A DNA stretch of 54,857 nucleotides from Flavobacteriales bacterium (GTDB lineage: Bacteria; Bacteroidota; Bacteroidia; Flavobacteriales_F; PHOS-HE28): the NCBI GenBank assembly GCA_046595075.1, contig JBKJPT010000098.1:1-54857 (forward strand), written 5' to 3'. The translations under genes were made by a program, and so were the position numbers. Shown here one piece after another: positions 36,158 to 46,253 of the stretch. The notes beneath the pieces were generated by a model, which was not told the DNA's origin, made no database searches, and worked only from the letters and a program-made list of their open reading frames with translations. Each line of letters begins with the position of its first letter. Position 1 is the first letter of the stretch.

Positions 36158-37009
36158 TCAGTGCTTGCGCTTCATCCAGTTGTACTGCTCCTCGCAGTCG
36201 CTGAACTTGCTCATGATGTAGGTGATCGACAGGCCCGAGTACACGTACCAGTCGCGCGTATTGGAATCGCCACGGGCGCGGCCCGCATTAGTTTCGGCCA
36301 AGGCACTGGGATCGGCCAGTTGCGCGGCGAGCGGACCGTTCTCAAAAGCCAGTTGCGCGTTGTCCACGTAAACGCCGCTCACATCGTCGATGTAGTCGGT
36401 GTAGGTGCGGCGCAGACCCCATTCCAGCTGGAAGTCCACGCGGCCTGCGTTCAGTTTCAGACCCGCGCCAAAGGGGATGCAGATCATGTCGCGCGCGTAG
36501 CTCTCACCACCGGCCGAGCTGCCTTGCCCCTCGGTGCCCAGCGGTTGCAGTTCGTACCAGGTATCGTCCAGCTGGGCGTGGGGGTTGAAGTGGAAATAGG
36601 CCAGCCCGCCGAACACGAAGGGGGTCCACTTGCGACCCTCCTTGCCGCGGGTGCGGTACTTGAAGAAGTTGATCTCCAACAGCAACGAGGTTTCTATGAA
36701 CTTGCTACGGAAGTGCAGGCCGCGCAGCAGTTGCAGGGAGTCCTTCGAATCGCCGTCATAGGCCTGCAGCGTGCCGTAAATCCCTTGCAGGCGCAGGGCG
36801 TAGCGGTCGTTGAAGTTGTACCGGTAAACGATCCCGCCCGCCAATTTGGTATCGCGCGGGTAATGGCGGTAAGGGTTCAGGTCGCCGATGTAGTAGCTGG
36901 CGCCTATGGTGCCGCCCAACTCGCTCACCTGTGCAGTTGAAGCAAGGCCGCAGAGGAGGGCAAGGATCAAGAGGTGCCGGCGGTGCATCGGTGGCCTAAC
37001 GTGGGCCAT
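36158..37009 (-). CDS. Outer-membrane beta-barrel-like protein (DUF6089-like)
   Basis: Signal ..LLCGLASTAQV, then alternating beta-strand pattern (GGTIGASYYIGDLNPY.., GGIVYRYNFNDRYALRLQG..). Occupies the conserved Bacteroidota slot between nadK and uppS. An alternative ATG is at 36988. Confidence 0.65.
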   Translation of the reverse strand: MAHVRPPMHRRHLLILALLCGLASTAQVSELGGTIGASYYIGDLNPYRHYPRDTKLAGGIVYRYNFNDRYALRLQGIYGTLQAYDGDSKDSLQLLRGLHFRSKFIETSLLLEINFFKYRTRGKEGRKWTPFVFGGLAYFHFNPHAQLDDTWYELQPLGTEGQGSSAGGESYARDMICIPFGAGLKLNAGRVDFQLEWGLRRTYTDYIDDVSGVYVDNAQLAFENGPLAAQLADPSALAETNAGRARGDSNTRDWYVYSGLSITYIMSKFSDCEEQYNWMKRKH

Positions 37010-37090
37010 TGGTGTATGGTATCCACCGGCGGCCGGGGCCGAAGATATCCGAAGCTCCCGAGGGACCGGAAAGGGCTGGGAACGTGGCCG

Positions 37091-37993
37091 TTAAGGATCG
37101 TGAAAAGGGGTTCCGCTTCCTCCGCTCCTTAAATCCAACCCCCAGTTCAATTTGGTCCTTAGCGTGCGCAGGAAGTCGTGCCCTTCAAGCTGCACCATTT
37201 TCACGGTGAAGGGTGCGCGGCGTATGGTCACGGTGCTTTGCCCGCCGATGGAGGTGCTGCGGGCATCGAGGTTCAGCAGGCAGAGGTCCGTGCGGGCATC
37301 CAGTTGCAGGCGTATGGTGAAGTGATCGGGCACCACGAAGGGGCGCACGTTGAGGTTGTGTGGCGAAATGGGGTTGATCACCAACGCATCGCTGGTAGGG
37401 TATAGCACGGGACCGCCGCAGCTGAGCGAGTAGGCGGTGGATCCGGTGGGCGTGGCAATGATGAGGCCATCGCTCCAATAGGTGTTCAGGTAATCGTTGC
37501 CCAAGTGCACATGCACGCTGATCATGCTGGCGGTATCGCGCTTGTGTATGCTCACCTCGTTCAGCGCGAAGTTGCTCGTGCCCAGTTCCGGCACATCGAT
37601 CACTTCCAGTAGCGAGCGATCCTGCAATGCGTAGCGGCCATCCTTCAACGCGCTCAGGGCGCTGTCCACTTCTTCCAAACGCACGTTGCTGAGAAAGCCC
37701 AGCCGACCCAGGTTGATGCCAAGCACCGGAATGCCCGCGCGGCCCACGAGCGCCACTGTGTCCAGCAAGGTGCCATCTCCGCCGAGGCCTATGCAGAGGT
37801 CGAGGTCCTGCTTGGAGAGGTCACCTTCCGCTAGGACTTTGTCCTGCACGGGAACACCATGCTCGGTGAGCCATTGTGCCAGTGCAGATGTCAGTTGCGG
37901 TTCCAGTCCGGCCTTGCGCATGCTGGCCAGCACGGTGGAGACCACCGGGGCCATGCCGCTCTCCATCCCACGTCCGTTCACCGCTGTGCGCAT
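37091..37993 (-). CDS. nadK: NAD kinase
   Basis: GGDGTLL, NLGRLGFL, and TPTGSTAYSLSCGGPVL. Trimmed to the ATG at 37993 (MRTAVNGRG..), giving about 300 aa. The upstream part of the ORF-track ORF runs through a palindromic repeat. Confidence 0.85.
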   Translation of the reverse strand: MRTAVNGRGMESGMAPVVSTVLASMRKAGLEPQLTSALAQWLTEHGVPVQDKVLAEGDLSKQDLDLCIGLGGDGTLLDTVALVGRAGIPVLGINLGRLGFLSNVRLEEVDSALSALKDGRYALQDRSLLEVIDVPELGTSNFALNEVSIHKRDTASMISVHVHLGNDYLNTYWSDGLIIATPTGSTAYSLSCGGPVLYPTSDALVINPISPHNLNVRPFVVPDHFTIRLQLDARTDLCLLNLDARSTSIGGQSTVTIRRAPFTVKMVQLEGHDFLRTLRTKLNWGLDLRSGGSGTPFHDP

Positions 37994-38010
37994 CGTGCTG
38001 TTCGGGTATT

Positions 38011-38104
38011 CACCACAGAGGCACAGAGACACAGAGTATGACAGCGCCCGATGCCGATAGCGCGCATGAACCATTCTTCTCCGTGTCTCTGTGCCTCTGT
38101 GGTG
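38011..38104. repeat. Perfect 22-bp inverted repeat (REP/MITE-like palindromic element) in the intergenic region upstream of nadK
   Basis: CACCACAGAGGCACAGAGACAC at 38011-38032 is the exact reverse complement of GTGTCTCTGTGCCTCTGTGGTG at 38083-38104. The spacer is 50 nt. The element lies between the stop of the BamA-like gene (38111) and the nadK start (37993). Confidence 0.75.
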
Positions 38105-38110
38105 AGTTCA

Positions 38111-39547
38111 TTAGAAAGGTTGAGTGAAATGTAGGAAGAAGCCGTGCTCGCCCAGCGCGTTGAAGGTGTACTCACCGCGCAGCACTTGATCATAGCTGGT
38201 CACCAGGTCCAGACCGAGGCCGTAGCCGCTCATCCATTCGTTCGCGAGGAAGTTGGCTTCGTGGTAGCGACTGTCCCACACGCGACCGGCATCCACAAAT
38301 AGGTCCAGGTAGAGCGCGAAGTAGAGCGTGCGGAAGGCCTCTATGGGCATGGATTCCACGCGTTGTGAGCGCGGCTTGAAGAGCTGCATGATCACGTTGC
38401 ACTTGCCCAGCGCAAAGCTCTCGCCATCGATCACATAGTACTCGTAGCCACGCACGAAGTTGGAGTAGCCCAGACCTTCCTGCACATAGTAGGGGGGTGT
38501 GCCCCACGTGTGCTTGCCGCGCAAGCTGATCGCGAGGGTAAAGAGCTCGCTCATCTTCCACCAGCGCTTGGTTGTTGCGTAGGCCGTGGCGATGTTAGGT
38601 GCGTTCTTCCCCAGCAGTCCAAGGCCGAGCTGATCGATACGGATCTCCTCATAGTGCCCATCGCGCGGATAGATCTTCATGTCGCGCTTGTCCCACACCA
38701 CCGCGTAGCCGAAGGTGAGGTAACGCGTATTCGTACTCGTGGGTCCGCTGAAGTAGTCCAACGCCGTACGCGTAATGGTGTCGTTCACTTCGGCCTGTGC
38801 GAACCCGAGCCGCCAGTAGTGACGGATGTCGTGGCTGCGGCGCAGGCTCAGCTCAACATCTGCTTTCTGCTCGTTGCGCATGGGGCCAAGGGAACGTTCA
38901 TCGCTCACCAGTATCCGATTGTTACCCACGGTACCCGCTGTCACTTCGGCCTGTTCGGTGTAGCTGCCACCTGCGCTTATGCCCCAACGGTGGTGCCGAT
39001 CGACGTAGGGTACACGGTAGCGCAGTCCGAACTGCTTGGTGTATCCGAACTGCGCTTTGATGTATACCGTCTCGTTGCGTCCGCGGAAATTGTACTTGTA
39101 CAAGTAGGCCCCGAAATTGACGCGGTCGAAGTCCTTGGTGAGCCACCACGTGTTGAAGTTGGGGTCGGCCAGCTGGAATATCGGCGAGGGCCAGATGGTC
39201 CAGCGTTCGTTCACGGTCACTTCCACCACCACATGCTGCATGTCCAGATACAGCGGCAACAACACAACGGTGTTGAAGAGGCTGGTGTTGATGAGGTTCT
39301 GCCTGCTGCGCTCCAACTTTTCCTGAAGGACCGCGCTGCTGAACGAATCGCCTTCCTGCAAAAGCATCTCGCGCAAGATGATGTGGTCCTTGGTGATCTT
39401 GTTGCCGTCGATGGTGATGCCCATGACCTGCACGAACCGCGCAACAGAAGTGCTATCGGCGTTTATGGCGGGCACAGTGACCTGGGCATGCGTGATCGCA
39501 CAACAAAGGATAAAGGGCAATAGAAAGAAGTGGCGGGCCAGGGCCAT
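38111..39547 (-). CDS. BamA/TamA-family outer membrane protein (POTRA plus surface-antigen barrel)
   Basis: Signal ..CAITHAQ. POTRA-like ITIDGNKITKDHIILREMLLQEGDSF. Barrel with C-terminal ..GFFLHFTQPF (terminal Phe). Confidence 0.8.
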   Translation of the reverse strand: MALARHFFLLPFILCCAITHAQVTVPAINADSTSVARFVQVMGITIDGNKITKDHIILREMLLQEGDSFSSAVLQEKLERSRQNLINTSLFNTVVLLPLYLDMQHVVVEVTVNERWTIWPSPIFQLADPNFNTWWLTKDFDRVNFGAYLYKYNFRGRNETVYIKAQFGYTKQFGLRYRVPYVDRHHRWGISAGGSYTEQAEVTAGTVGNNRILVSDERSLGPMRNEQKADVELSLRRSHDIRHYWRLGFAQAEVNDTITRTALDYFSGPTSTNTRYLTFGYAVVWDKRDMKIYPRDGHYEEIRIDQLGLGLLGKNAPNIATAYATTKRWWKMSELFTLAISLRGKHTWGTPPYYVQEGLGYSNFVRGYEYYVIDGESFALGKCNVIMQLFKPRSQRVESMPIEAFRTLYFALYLDLFVDAGRVWDSRYHEANFLANEWMSGYGLGLDLVTSYDQVLRGEYTFNALGEHGFFLHFTQPF

Positions 39548-39556
39548 GCCCGAAGG

Positions 39557-40219
39557 TCAGAGGTTGATGAAGCGCATCAGCTCTTCGTAGCGCCCGCGCA
39601 GGTCATCCTGCAATTTCGACCCCTGGTAGGTGGTCTTCACAAAGTACTCATACCGTTCGAAACTGCGCAGGATGTCACTGATGTCCTCGCGGTTGATCTT
39701 CAAGGTCACTTCCACTCGCGTGGAAGTCGGGAGCACATGGGTGTACACACTGAGTACCCGACCATCATTGGCCTCCACCAGTCGCGCGATCTCGTGCAAA
39801 CTGTAATCCACCTGGTTCATCTCCAGCACCACGATGCTGCCCGGTTCGCTGATGTTGGTCACTTCGGCAAGTCGCTTCAACGCTTGGTGTTCGGTGATGC
39901 AACCGAGATAGCGGCCCATATCGTCGAGCACGGGCACAACGGTGAGGCCGCGTTCGCTGAAGAGCTTCATCACTTCGTAGATGTGCTGGCCTCCGCGTAC
40001 GAAAGGGACTTCGACCTGTTCCATGGCGGCGCTCACCGCTGCGCGCGCATCGTTGCGGTCCACCAGGTCCTGATCCTTCACCAAGCCCACCAAGCGGCCG
40101 TCATCCACCACGGGCAGGTGGCCCACTTTGAACTCCTCCATCCAGTCCATGGCACGGCCCAGATCGTCCTGCGGTCGGAGCGGTGGAATGTCGGGCGTGA
40201 TGAGGTCGATAGCGTGCAT
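39557..40219 (-). CDS. CBS-domain pair protein
   Basis: Two CBS motifs (..FKVGHLPVVDDGRLVGLVKDQDLV.. and ..ERGLTVVPVLDDMGRYLGCITEHQALK..) followed by an ACT-like tail. Divergent from pdxJ, as commonly seen in Flavobacteriia. Confidence 0.85.
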   Translation of the reverse strand: MHAIDLITPDIPPLRPQDDLGRAMDWMEEFKVGHLPVVDDGRLVGLVKDQDLVDRNDARAAVSAAMEQVEVPFVRGGQHIYEVMKLFSERGLTVVPVLDDMGRYLGCITEHQALKRLAEVTNISEPGSIVVLEMNQVDYSLHEIARLVEANDGRVLSVYTHVLPTSTRVEVTLKINREDISDILRSFERYEYFVKTTYQGSKLQDDLRGRYEELMRFINL

Positions 40220-40288
40220 GACTGAGGCGCGGGGGACTGGCTTCTACTTTTGTGCTCCGCGAAGTACGGTAACGAAGCGATGCGACCG

Positions 40289-41002
40289 ATGGTGAGACTG
40301 AGCGTCAACATCAACAAAATGGCCACACTGCGCAATGCGCGTGGCGGCAACAACCCCGATGTGGTGCGTTGGGCGCAGGACATCGAGCGCTTCGGCGCGC
40401 AGGGGATCACGGTGCATCCACGGCCCGATGAGCGGCACATCCGGCGCACCGATGTGCGTGCCCTGAAAGAGGTCGTCACCACCGAGTTCAACATTGAAGG
40501 TTATCCCGGCGAGGATTTCATTGCGCTGATACTCGAAGTGAAGCCGCATCAAGTGACGCTGGTTCCTGATCCGCCCGGCGTGCTCACAAGCAACGCCGGT
40601 TGGGATGCGCGCGCGCAAAAGATCTTCTTGAAGGATGTGGTCGAGCGTTTCAAGGGCGCGGGCATCCGCACTTCGCTCTTCATGGGCACCGATCCGGAGT
40701 TGATCGCGCATGCTGCGGATACCGGCACCGATCGCATCGAACTGTACACCGAACCCTACGCGGAGAACTTCGTTCGCTCCCGCGAAGCTGCAGTGGCTCC
40801 GTTCACTGTTGCTGCGCACCGCGCGGGTGAACTCGGTCTTGGACTGAACGCCGGGCATGATCTCGATCGGCACAACCTGGCCTTCTTCAGCAGGAACGTC
40901 CCTGGTCTGCTGGAAGTATCCATCGGGCATGCGTTGGTGTGCGATGCGCTCACCTTCGGCATGGAGAACGCCGTGGCTCTTTACTTGCGCGAACTGCGAT
41001 GA
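40289..41002 (+). CDS. pdxJ: Pyridoxine 5'-phosphate synthase
   Basis: [69 protein letters not shown]. Trimmed to the ATG at 40289, giving about 237 aa. Confidence 0.9.
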   Translation: MVRLSVNINKMATLRNARGGNNPDVVRWAQDIERFGAQGITVHPRPDERHIRRTDVRALKEVVTTEFNIEGYPGEDFIALILEVKPHQVTLVPDPPGVLTSNAGWDARAQKIFLKDVVERFKGAGIRTSLFMGTDPELIAHAADTGTDRIELYTEPYAENFVRSREAAVAPFTVAAHRAGELGLGLNAGHDLDRHNLAFFSRNVPGLLEVSIGHALVCDALTFGMENAVALYLRELR

Positions 41003-41796
41003 GCGCGGTTGAACTGCACTACCGGCGCCTTGGTCCGCAAGGCGCAACGCCCATCGTGATCCTGCACGGCCTCTTCGGCTCGTCGGACAATCTGGCCAGC
41101 GTGGCGCGCGAACTCGCTGAACCCTCGGAAGCGGATGTTCCTGCGTACGATGTGATCGTGGCCGATCTTCGGGATCATGGTCGTTCACCGCACACCACGG
41201 CGAGCACCTACCCCCTCATGGCCGAGGACGTGCATGCGTTGGTGGCAAAGCTCGGCCTGGTGGACATCTTGCTGGTTGGCCACAGCATGGGCGGCAAGGC
41301 GGCCATGCTCTTCGCGCAGCGCTGGCCGCAGTTGTTGAAGCGGTTGGTCGTGATCGACATCAGTCCCAAGGAGCACACGAACAACCAGGCCCCTATCGTT
41401 CATGCCTTGCGCACCGCCGACCTCTCCCCCGGCCGCACGCGCAAGGAAGTGGAAGCGCACATCGCCAAGCACGTGAAGGAACCTGGCGTGGTGCAGTTCC
41501 TACTGAAGAACCTCTACTGGAAGAATGAAGGCGAGCTCGCCTGGCGCATGAACGTGGAAGGACTTGCCCGCGACCTGGATCATATCCTCGCCGCCATCGG
41601 CCCGGAGACGGTGCGTGTGCCCACGCTCTTCATTCGCGGTGGGCAGAGCGATTACATCATGCGCGAGGACCTGCCCGCGATCAAGGAGCAGTTCCCCAAC
41701 AGCCGCGTGGAAACGATCGCCTATGCGGGCCATTGGGTGCACGCACAAGCACCCGACGAAGTAGTGGACCTTATCCGCAATGAAGCACGCGCATGA
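40999..41796 (+). CDS. Alpha/beta-fold hydrolase
   Basis: ATGA overlap with the pdxJ stop. [14 protein letters not shown], nucleophile elbow VGHSMGG, and C-terminal [12 protein letters not shown]. Confidence 0.8.
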   Translation: MSAVELHYRRLGPQGATPIVILHGLFGSSDNLASVARELAEPSEADVPAYDVIVADLRDHGRSPHTTASTYPLMAEDVHALVAKLGLVDILLVGHSMGGKAAMLFAQRWPQLLKRLVVIDISPKEHTNNQAPIVHALRTADLSPGRTRKEVEAHIAKHVKEPGVVQFLLKNLYWKNEGELAWRMNVEGLARDLDHILAAIGPETVRVPTLFIRGGQSDYIMREDLPAIKEQFPNSRVETIAYAGHWVHAQAPDEVVDLIRNEARA

Positions 41797-42422
41797 GAGC
41801 CTTCCTCTTCATAGTTGGGTTGATCATTTCATGTGCAGCGATCGCACAAGCCGATACCATGTGGGTTCCCTATCACGGCGGCATGGATCTCCGCGAAGGC
41901 GTGTACCGCGACTTCCATGCTTTCCGAATGAACACGCCTTCGATCCCTCAGGCTAGGTTGCGCGATGATCAAGGTCTGCCCGTGCGCGACATCCGGCAGG
42001 TGTTGAGCAAGCTCTACTACCAACCCGACAGCGGCGGCGTGCAGGCCCTGCGCATGGACCGCATCTGGGGCTTTTGCCACAACGATGTGGTGTACGTAGC
42101 GGCGGGTAACGGCTTTTACCGCATCGGCCTTATGGGTGGCATTGCGCACATGGTGTACGAGCAGAACTACCGGGACTGGGATCCCTACCTCTATGGTTAT
42201 GGTACCGTTACGCGCACGGTGCTTTTGCAACAGATCATCGACATGGAGACCGGTGCCGTGCTGGCTTTCAATGCGTCGGGGATGCACACAGCCATGGAGA
42301 TCGACCCAGTGTTGCAGGAGGAGTTCGATCTGCTTCCGAGGAAACAACGCAATAGCGACGAGGCGCTCTTCCGCTTCCTGCGCATGTTCAACGAGCGGCA
42401 TCCATTGTTGTTGCCGCAGTAG
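41793..42422 (+). CDS. Hypothetical secreted protein
   Basis: ATGA overlap with the upstream gene. Signal-like N-terminus (FLFIVGLIISCAAIAQA). I recognise no family. Confidence 0.5.
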   Translation: MRAFLFIVGLIISCAAIAQADTMWVPYHGGMDLREGVYRDFHAFRMNTPSIPQARLRDDQGLPVRDIRQVLSKLYYQPDSGGVQALRMDRIWGFCHNDVVYVAAGNGFYRIGLMGGIAHMVYEQNYRDWDPYLYGYGTVTRTVLLQQIIDMETGAVLAFNASGMHTAMEIDPVLQEEFDLLPRKQRNSDEALFRFLRMFNERHPLLLPQ

Positions 42423-42489
42423 CTGGCACGATCTTCGACCGGCACGCGCCACGGTCTACTTTCGCCCCGCGTTGCTCCAAGCTCCCACC

Positions 42490-43524
42490 ATGCGCTCCAC
42501 GTTCTTCATCCTGCTCGCTGCTTCTCTCCCCCTTATCGCCTGCGGCCAGGCCAAACAGGAATACGTTCCCGCGCTCGTGGGTTTCTACAACGTGGAGAAC
42601 CTCTACGATACGCTGGACCAAGAGGGCGTTGACGATGCTGAGTTCCTGCCGGGCAGTGCGAAGCAATGGGGCAGTCAACGCTATTGGCACAAGCAGGAGA
42701 AGATGGCCCGTGTGATCGCCAGCATGGGCAAGGACCTGCACCCGCAAGGGCTTGCGATCCTGGGCCTCTCCGAGGTGGAGAACCGTTCGGTGGTGGAGGA
42801 CCTCGTAAGCCGCGAACCGCTGAAAGCGCGTGGCTACAACGTGGTGCACGTTGATGGTCCCGATGTGCGTGGCGTGGACGTGGCGCTGGTATACAACCCG
42901 GCTTTGTACAAAGTCTACGCGCACAAGAGCATTCGACTGCACATGGCCGACACGTCGTTCCGCACGCGCGATCAATTGCTCGTGAGCGGTGTGCTCGACG
43001 GCGACACCGTGCACGTGATCGTGGCGCACTGGCCCAGCCGACGTGGTGGTGAGAAACGCAGTGAACCCAAGCGGAGGGCCGCGGCCGAGCTCGGTCGGCA
43101 CATCATCGATTCGCTGCTCGCGATCAACGCCAACGCGCGCATCATGTACATGGGCGACCTCAACGATGATCCAGTGAACGTGAGCGTGGGTCACTTCCTA
43201 AGAACCAGCGGCGAAAAGGCCAAGGCGGTCAACGGCACCATGTTCAACCCCATGTACGATCCTTACCAAAAGGGCATCGGCACACTGGCCTGGCGCGACT
43301 CATGGAACCTCTTCGATCAGATCGTCGTCTCACCGTCGCTCGTGAGCGGCGCTGGCGGCGCGTACAAGTACTACGGCGTGCGCATCTTCAACGAATCGTA
43401 CCTTCGACAGACGGAGGGCAACTTCGCTGGCTATCCCAACCGCACCTTCGTGGGTGATACGTACCAGGATGGCTACAGTGATCATTACCCGGTGTTCCTG
43501 ATCCTTGTGAAGGAGGTGAAGTGA
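42490..43524 (+). CDS. Endonuclease/exonuclease/phosphatase (EEP) family protein, secreted or lipoprotein
   Basis: Trimmed to the ATG at 42490 (MRSTFFILLAASLPLIACGQ). FYNVENLYD, GLSEVEN, HWPSRRGG, GDLND and SDHYPV are EEP catalytic motifs. Confidence 0.8.
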   Translation: MRSTFFILLAASLPLIACGQAKQEYVPALVGFYNVENLYDTLDQEGVDDAEFLPGSAKQWGSQRYWHKQEKMARVIASMGKDLHPQGLAILGLSEVENRSVVEDLVSREPLKARGYNVVHVDGPDVRGVDVALVYNPALYKVYAHKSIRLHMADTSFRTRDQLLVSGVLDGDTVHVIVAHWPSRRGGEKRSEPKRRAAAELGRHIIDSLLAINANARIMYMGDLNDDPVNVSVGHFLRTSGEKAKAVNGTMFNPMYDPYQKGIGTLAWRDSWNLFDQIVVSPSLVSGAGGAYKYYGVRIFNESYLRQTEGNFAGYPNRTFVGDTYQDGYSDHYPVFLILVKEVK

Positions 43525-43533
43525 TCCCACGAT

Positions 43534-43577
43534 AACAGAACGCCCCGCTTCGATGATCCGAAGCGGGGCGTTCTGTT
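43534..43577. terminator. Strong hairpin between convergent genes (bidirectional terminator candidate)
   Basis: AACAGAACGCCCCGCTTCG (43534-43552) and CGAAGCGGGGCGTTCTGTT (43559-43577) form a perfect 19-bp stem with a 6-nt loop. It starts 10 nt after the EEP stop and ends 12 nt before the convergent gene's stop. Confidence 0.65.
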
Positions 43578-43588
43578 CGAAGCTCTTT

Positions 43589-44920
43589 CTAGCGCTGCAC
43601 CATCACCCGCGCCATGCGCACGCCATCGCTGCTGCGCAGTGCGAGCGTGTAAAGGCCGTTGGTCAGTTCATCAAGGGAGAGCACATTGCTCGCGAGCGAT
43701 CCGCTCTTCGCCACACGCCCGGTTGCATCCACCAGCGTGTACTCCACACGACCGTTGATCGCGCCGAGATCCATGCGGATGATGTCATTGGCAGGGTTGG
43801 GGTAGAAACCGATCGTTGCAATGTTCGCTTCGCCAATGCCGGATCCCACGGCGATATCCGCTAGGAAGCGCGGCTCGATCTTGCGCTCGGCGAAGGTGAA
43901 TGTGAGCACGCCCGTTACGCTGTAGTAGTTGCCCACCACGGGTGTGTATAGGTACATGAGGTCATCGACCAGGATGGATCCCGCCGTGTTGCTCGTGCCG
44001 GTCCATTGGTTGTTGCCATCCAATCCTGTTGTGCAACCGATGTCCACCAACATTGCGAGCACACCTTCCCACTGCTCGTCCTGCGCGGCGGCCGGGGTCA
44101 GCATTTCAGGGGCGGGTACCGGGTGTTGTCCTTCCACCACCACGTTGCTCACAGCGGTCAACTCAGTAAGCCCTTGGTATTCGCTCACGGTGGCTTGCAA
44201 GGTCACGCTGTCGCCGATGTTCACCACGGATACCGCATCGAAACAGTAGATGCCGCTCCAAGGGCCGGTACCGGCCTGGATGAAGTACGAGTTGGCGCCG
44301 AGCGTATCCACACCCGTTACAATGCCGCCGGTCGTGATGATCTGGCCGAGCAGGGGCGAGTTGCCACTGACGTCGGCCGTGTATTGTATCTCGTATACGC
44401 TCGCAGTCACGGGCGCACCACCACCGGTGATGCTCACGTCGTCCAACACCAAATGCTCGGGGCCTCCAGTGCTTTGCACGCTGAGGATGAATTCCGCAGT
44501 TGCGAAATCCATGGCGGCGGCGATCTGCTGCGTCACTTCCGTCCACGTGTTGCCCGTGCTGTTGTAGTAGGCGTTGTAGCTGGAGTATCCGCTGCCGGTG
44601 GGGCGGTTATCGTACAAGCCCGTGCGGATGTTGCCTTGACCACGCACCCAAAAGCTGATGGTGTAAATGGTGCCGTTGGTAACAGCTGTGGGCTGCGTGG
44701 TGAAGCGCTTGTGAGTGGTGGTGCTGTTCTGCAGGCGTGCAGCGTATGCGCCACCGTGCACATTGGTGCTCACTTGGATCACGCTATCCGCGTTAAGGGT
44801 GGTCTTGCTGCCCATCCAATCGGAGGGTACGGTATCGGGCCAGTTCTCGAAGCCGCTGGCAAATTGGGCGCTCGCTGCTGTGGTGGCGAAAAGGACGAGG
44901 GAGAGTAATGCTGTTCTCAT
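43589..44920 (-). CDS. Secreted T9SS-sorted protein: jelly-roll-like N-terminal domain plus an OB-fold-like region resembling the N-terminus of ExeM/NucH extracellular nucleases
   Basis: Signal ..TAASAQ. VYEIQYTADVSGNSPLLGQIITTGGIVTG...GDSVTLQATVSEYQGLTELT resembles the nuclease-associated OB region. The tail FYPNPANDIIRMDL..YTLVDATGRV..NGLYTLAL is Por_Secre_tail-like. Confidence 0.7.
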   Translation of the reverse strand: MRTALLSLVLFATTAASAQFASGFENWPDTVPSDWMGSKTTLNADSVIQVSTNVHGGAYAARLQNSTTTHKRFTTQPTAVTNGTIYTISFWVRGQGNIRTGLYDNRPTGSGYSSYNAYYNSTGNTWTEVTQQIAAAMDFATAEFILSVQSTGGPEHLVLDDVSITGGGAPVTASVYEIQYTADVSGNSPLLGQIITTGGIVTGVDTLGANSYFIQAGTGPWSGIYCFDAVSVVNIGDSVTLQATVSEYQGLTELTAVSNVVVEGQHPVPAPEMLTPAAAQDEQWEGVLAMLVDIGCTTGLDGNNQWTGTSNTAGSILVDDLMYLYTPVVGNYYSVTGVLTFTFAERKIEPRFLADIAVGSGIGEANIATIGFYPNPANDIIRMDLGAINGRVEYTLVDATGRVAKSGSLASNVLSLDELTNGLYTLALRSSDGVRMARVMVQR

Positions 44921-44945
44921 GTGCGTTTGGTATGGAAGGATGCTG

Positions 44946-46238
44946 TTACTGGATCACCACATCATCGATGCGGAAGTTGGTGGTTTCGCCATTGGGGTCG
45001 CTACCGGTGTATTTGAACCCGATCACGAAGCTGCCGGTGTAACCGGGAGGAAGCACGGTGCTGAGGTCGATGTTGCCGCTCGGCACCCATACCTGATCGG
45101 CGGTGCTTGGTGTTGCATAGGCGCATGGTACAGGAGCCCAGTTCGCGGTCGCTAGGTTGATGAGGGTGTAGTTGGTGCTGATGAAGAGGCCGAAGGGATC
45201 ATGGGTTGGCACTCCGAAACCACGTTGTGACCGGAAGTTCAAGGTCATGCCAGGAACATAGGTGGTAGGGGGAGTGACGAACCAAGCCACTTCGGTGGCG
45301 TTGCTGCTGCCATAAGCCGTGGCTTGTGCACACAGGTCGCTACTTACCGAATAACCGCGCCAGTAGCGGCTACCTGTTTGCGGTCTGTTGCTCCAGCAAG
45401 TGAGGTTGATGTCGATGTTCGCAGTGGTGGTGGCGAAGCTCTCGTTCACACCCGTGCCGGGCGCGCACAACGTCGGGCATTCTTGGCCCGCGCAACGCGG
45501 TCCGTTCATGTTGACCTCACCAAGACTGCGGTTGCTTAGCTGTATCGTGCTGCCGAAGATGCCCGCGATGCATAGTATCGAACCCTTGCCCATTGGCAAT
45601 ACCTGGCCTGCGTAGCTGGCATATCCGCTTGTGCGCACCATCACCGGCGTCAAACTACAATCCTCCACATAGCGCTCGCCGGTGGCTTGGTTGGCTGCAT
45701 CTGCCCAAGTGACACCGTTGCATGCATCCGTTAATGTGAATTCCACATCGTTCAATTGGATCAGCATGCTCTGGATGGTATCCAACGCCGCTGGGGTCAA
45801 TTGTGCGATGGTGCGCACCAGCGGCTCCACGTGAACGAGGGTGGCTTGCTTCACTGTGTTGTTGTCCACATCCACGCTGTCCAGTTGCATCAACCCGTTG
45901 TAAGGCGAAAGCACAGTGCCGGGCAGGTAAATGCGAATGCTATCACCGACATACAGACCGCCGCTGTTCAGCAAGCGCAAGGTGATGCCACCCGTGTGGT
46001 CCTGCACGCTGATGTTCTTGTAGAAGTTGCCATCGTTCTCATCCGAAGTCACCACGGCATACACGCTCTTCGCTTCAGAGAAGTGCACTGCCGTACCGGT
46101 CCACAGGTCCTTCAGTTGTGCTACGGTGAGGATATCGCCCACGGGCAATGTCCGCTCCGGCGGTGTATCCAGTTCCTTTTCGCAGGAAACGCCCAGCGCG
46201 GCGATGGCGGTAAGTAGAAGGAGGTTGCGCATGTTCAT
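44946..46238 (-). CDS. DUF5689-like lipoprotein with a C-terminal choice-of-anchor-J-like domain
   Basis: Lipobox ALGVSCEK. ILTVAQLKDLW..VYAVVTSDENDGNFYKNISVQDHTGGITLRL..GDSIRIYL..LSPYNGLMQL is DUF5689-type. C-terminal ..WFVTPP..LNFRSQ..GFKYTG..FRIDDVVIQ. Lies immediately downstream of a TonB receptor. Confidence 0.7.
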   Translation of the reverse strand: MNMRNLLLLTAIAALGVSCEKELDTPPERTLPVGDILTVAQLKDLWTGTAVHFSEAKSVYAVVTSDENDGNFYKNISVQDHTGGITLRLLNSGGLYVGDSIRIYLPGTVLSPYNGLMQLDSVDVDNNTVKQATLVHVEPLVRTIAQLTPAALDTIQSMLIQLNDVEFTLTDACNGVTWADAANQATGERYVEDCSLTPVMVRTSGYASYAGQVLPMGKGSILCIAGIFGSTIQLSNRSLGEVNMNGPRCAGQECPTLCAPGTGVNESFATTTANIDINLTCWSNRPQTGSRYWRGYSVSSDLCAQATAYGSSNATEVAWFVTPPTTYVPGMTLNFRSQRGFGVPTHDPFGLFISTNYTLINLATANWAPVPCAYATPSTADQVWVPSGNIDLSTVLPPGYTGSFVIGFKYTGSDPNGETTNFRIDDVVIQ

Positions 46239-46253
46239 GTCTTGTCGGAGTGC

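Noticed and set aside
37876-38193. Short ORFs 37876..38127 (+) and 37978..38193 (-) containing ..FSVSLCLCGEF.. / ..TTEAQRHGE...
   Set aside because: These peptides are translations of the two arms of the 22-bp palindromic element and are not genes.
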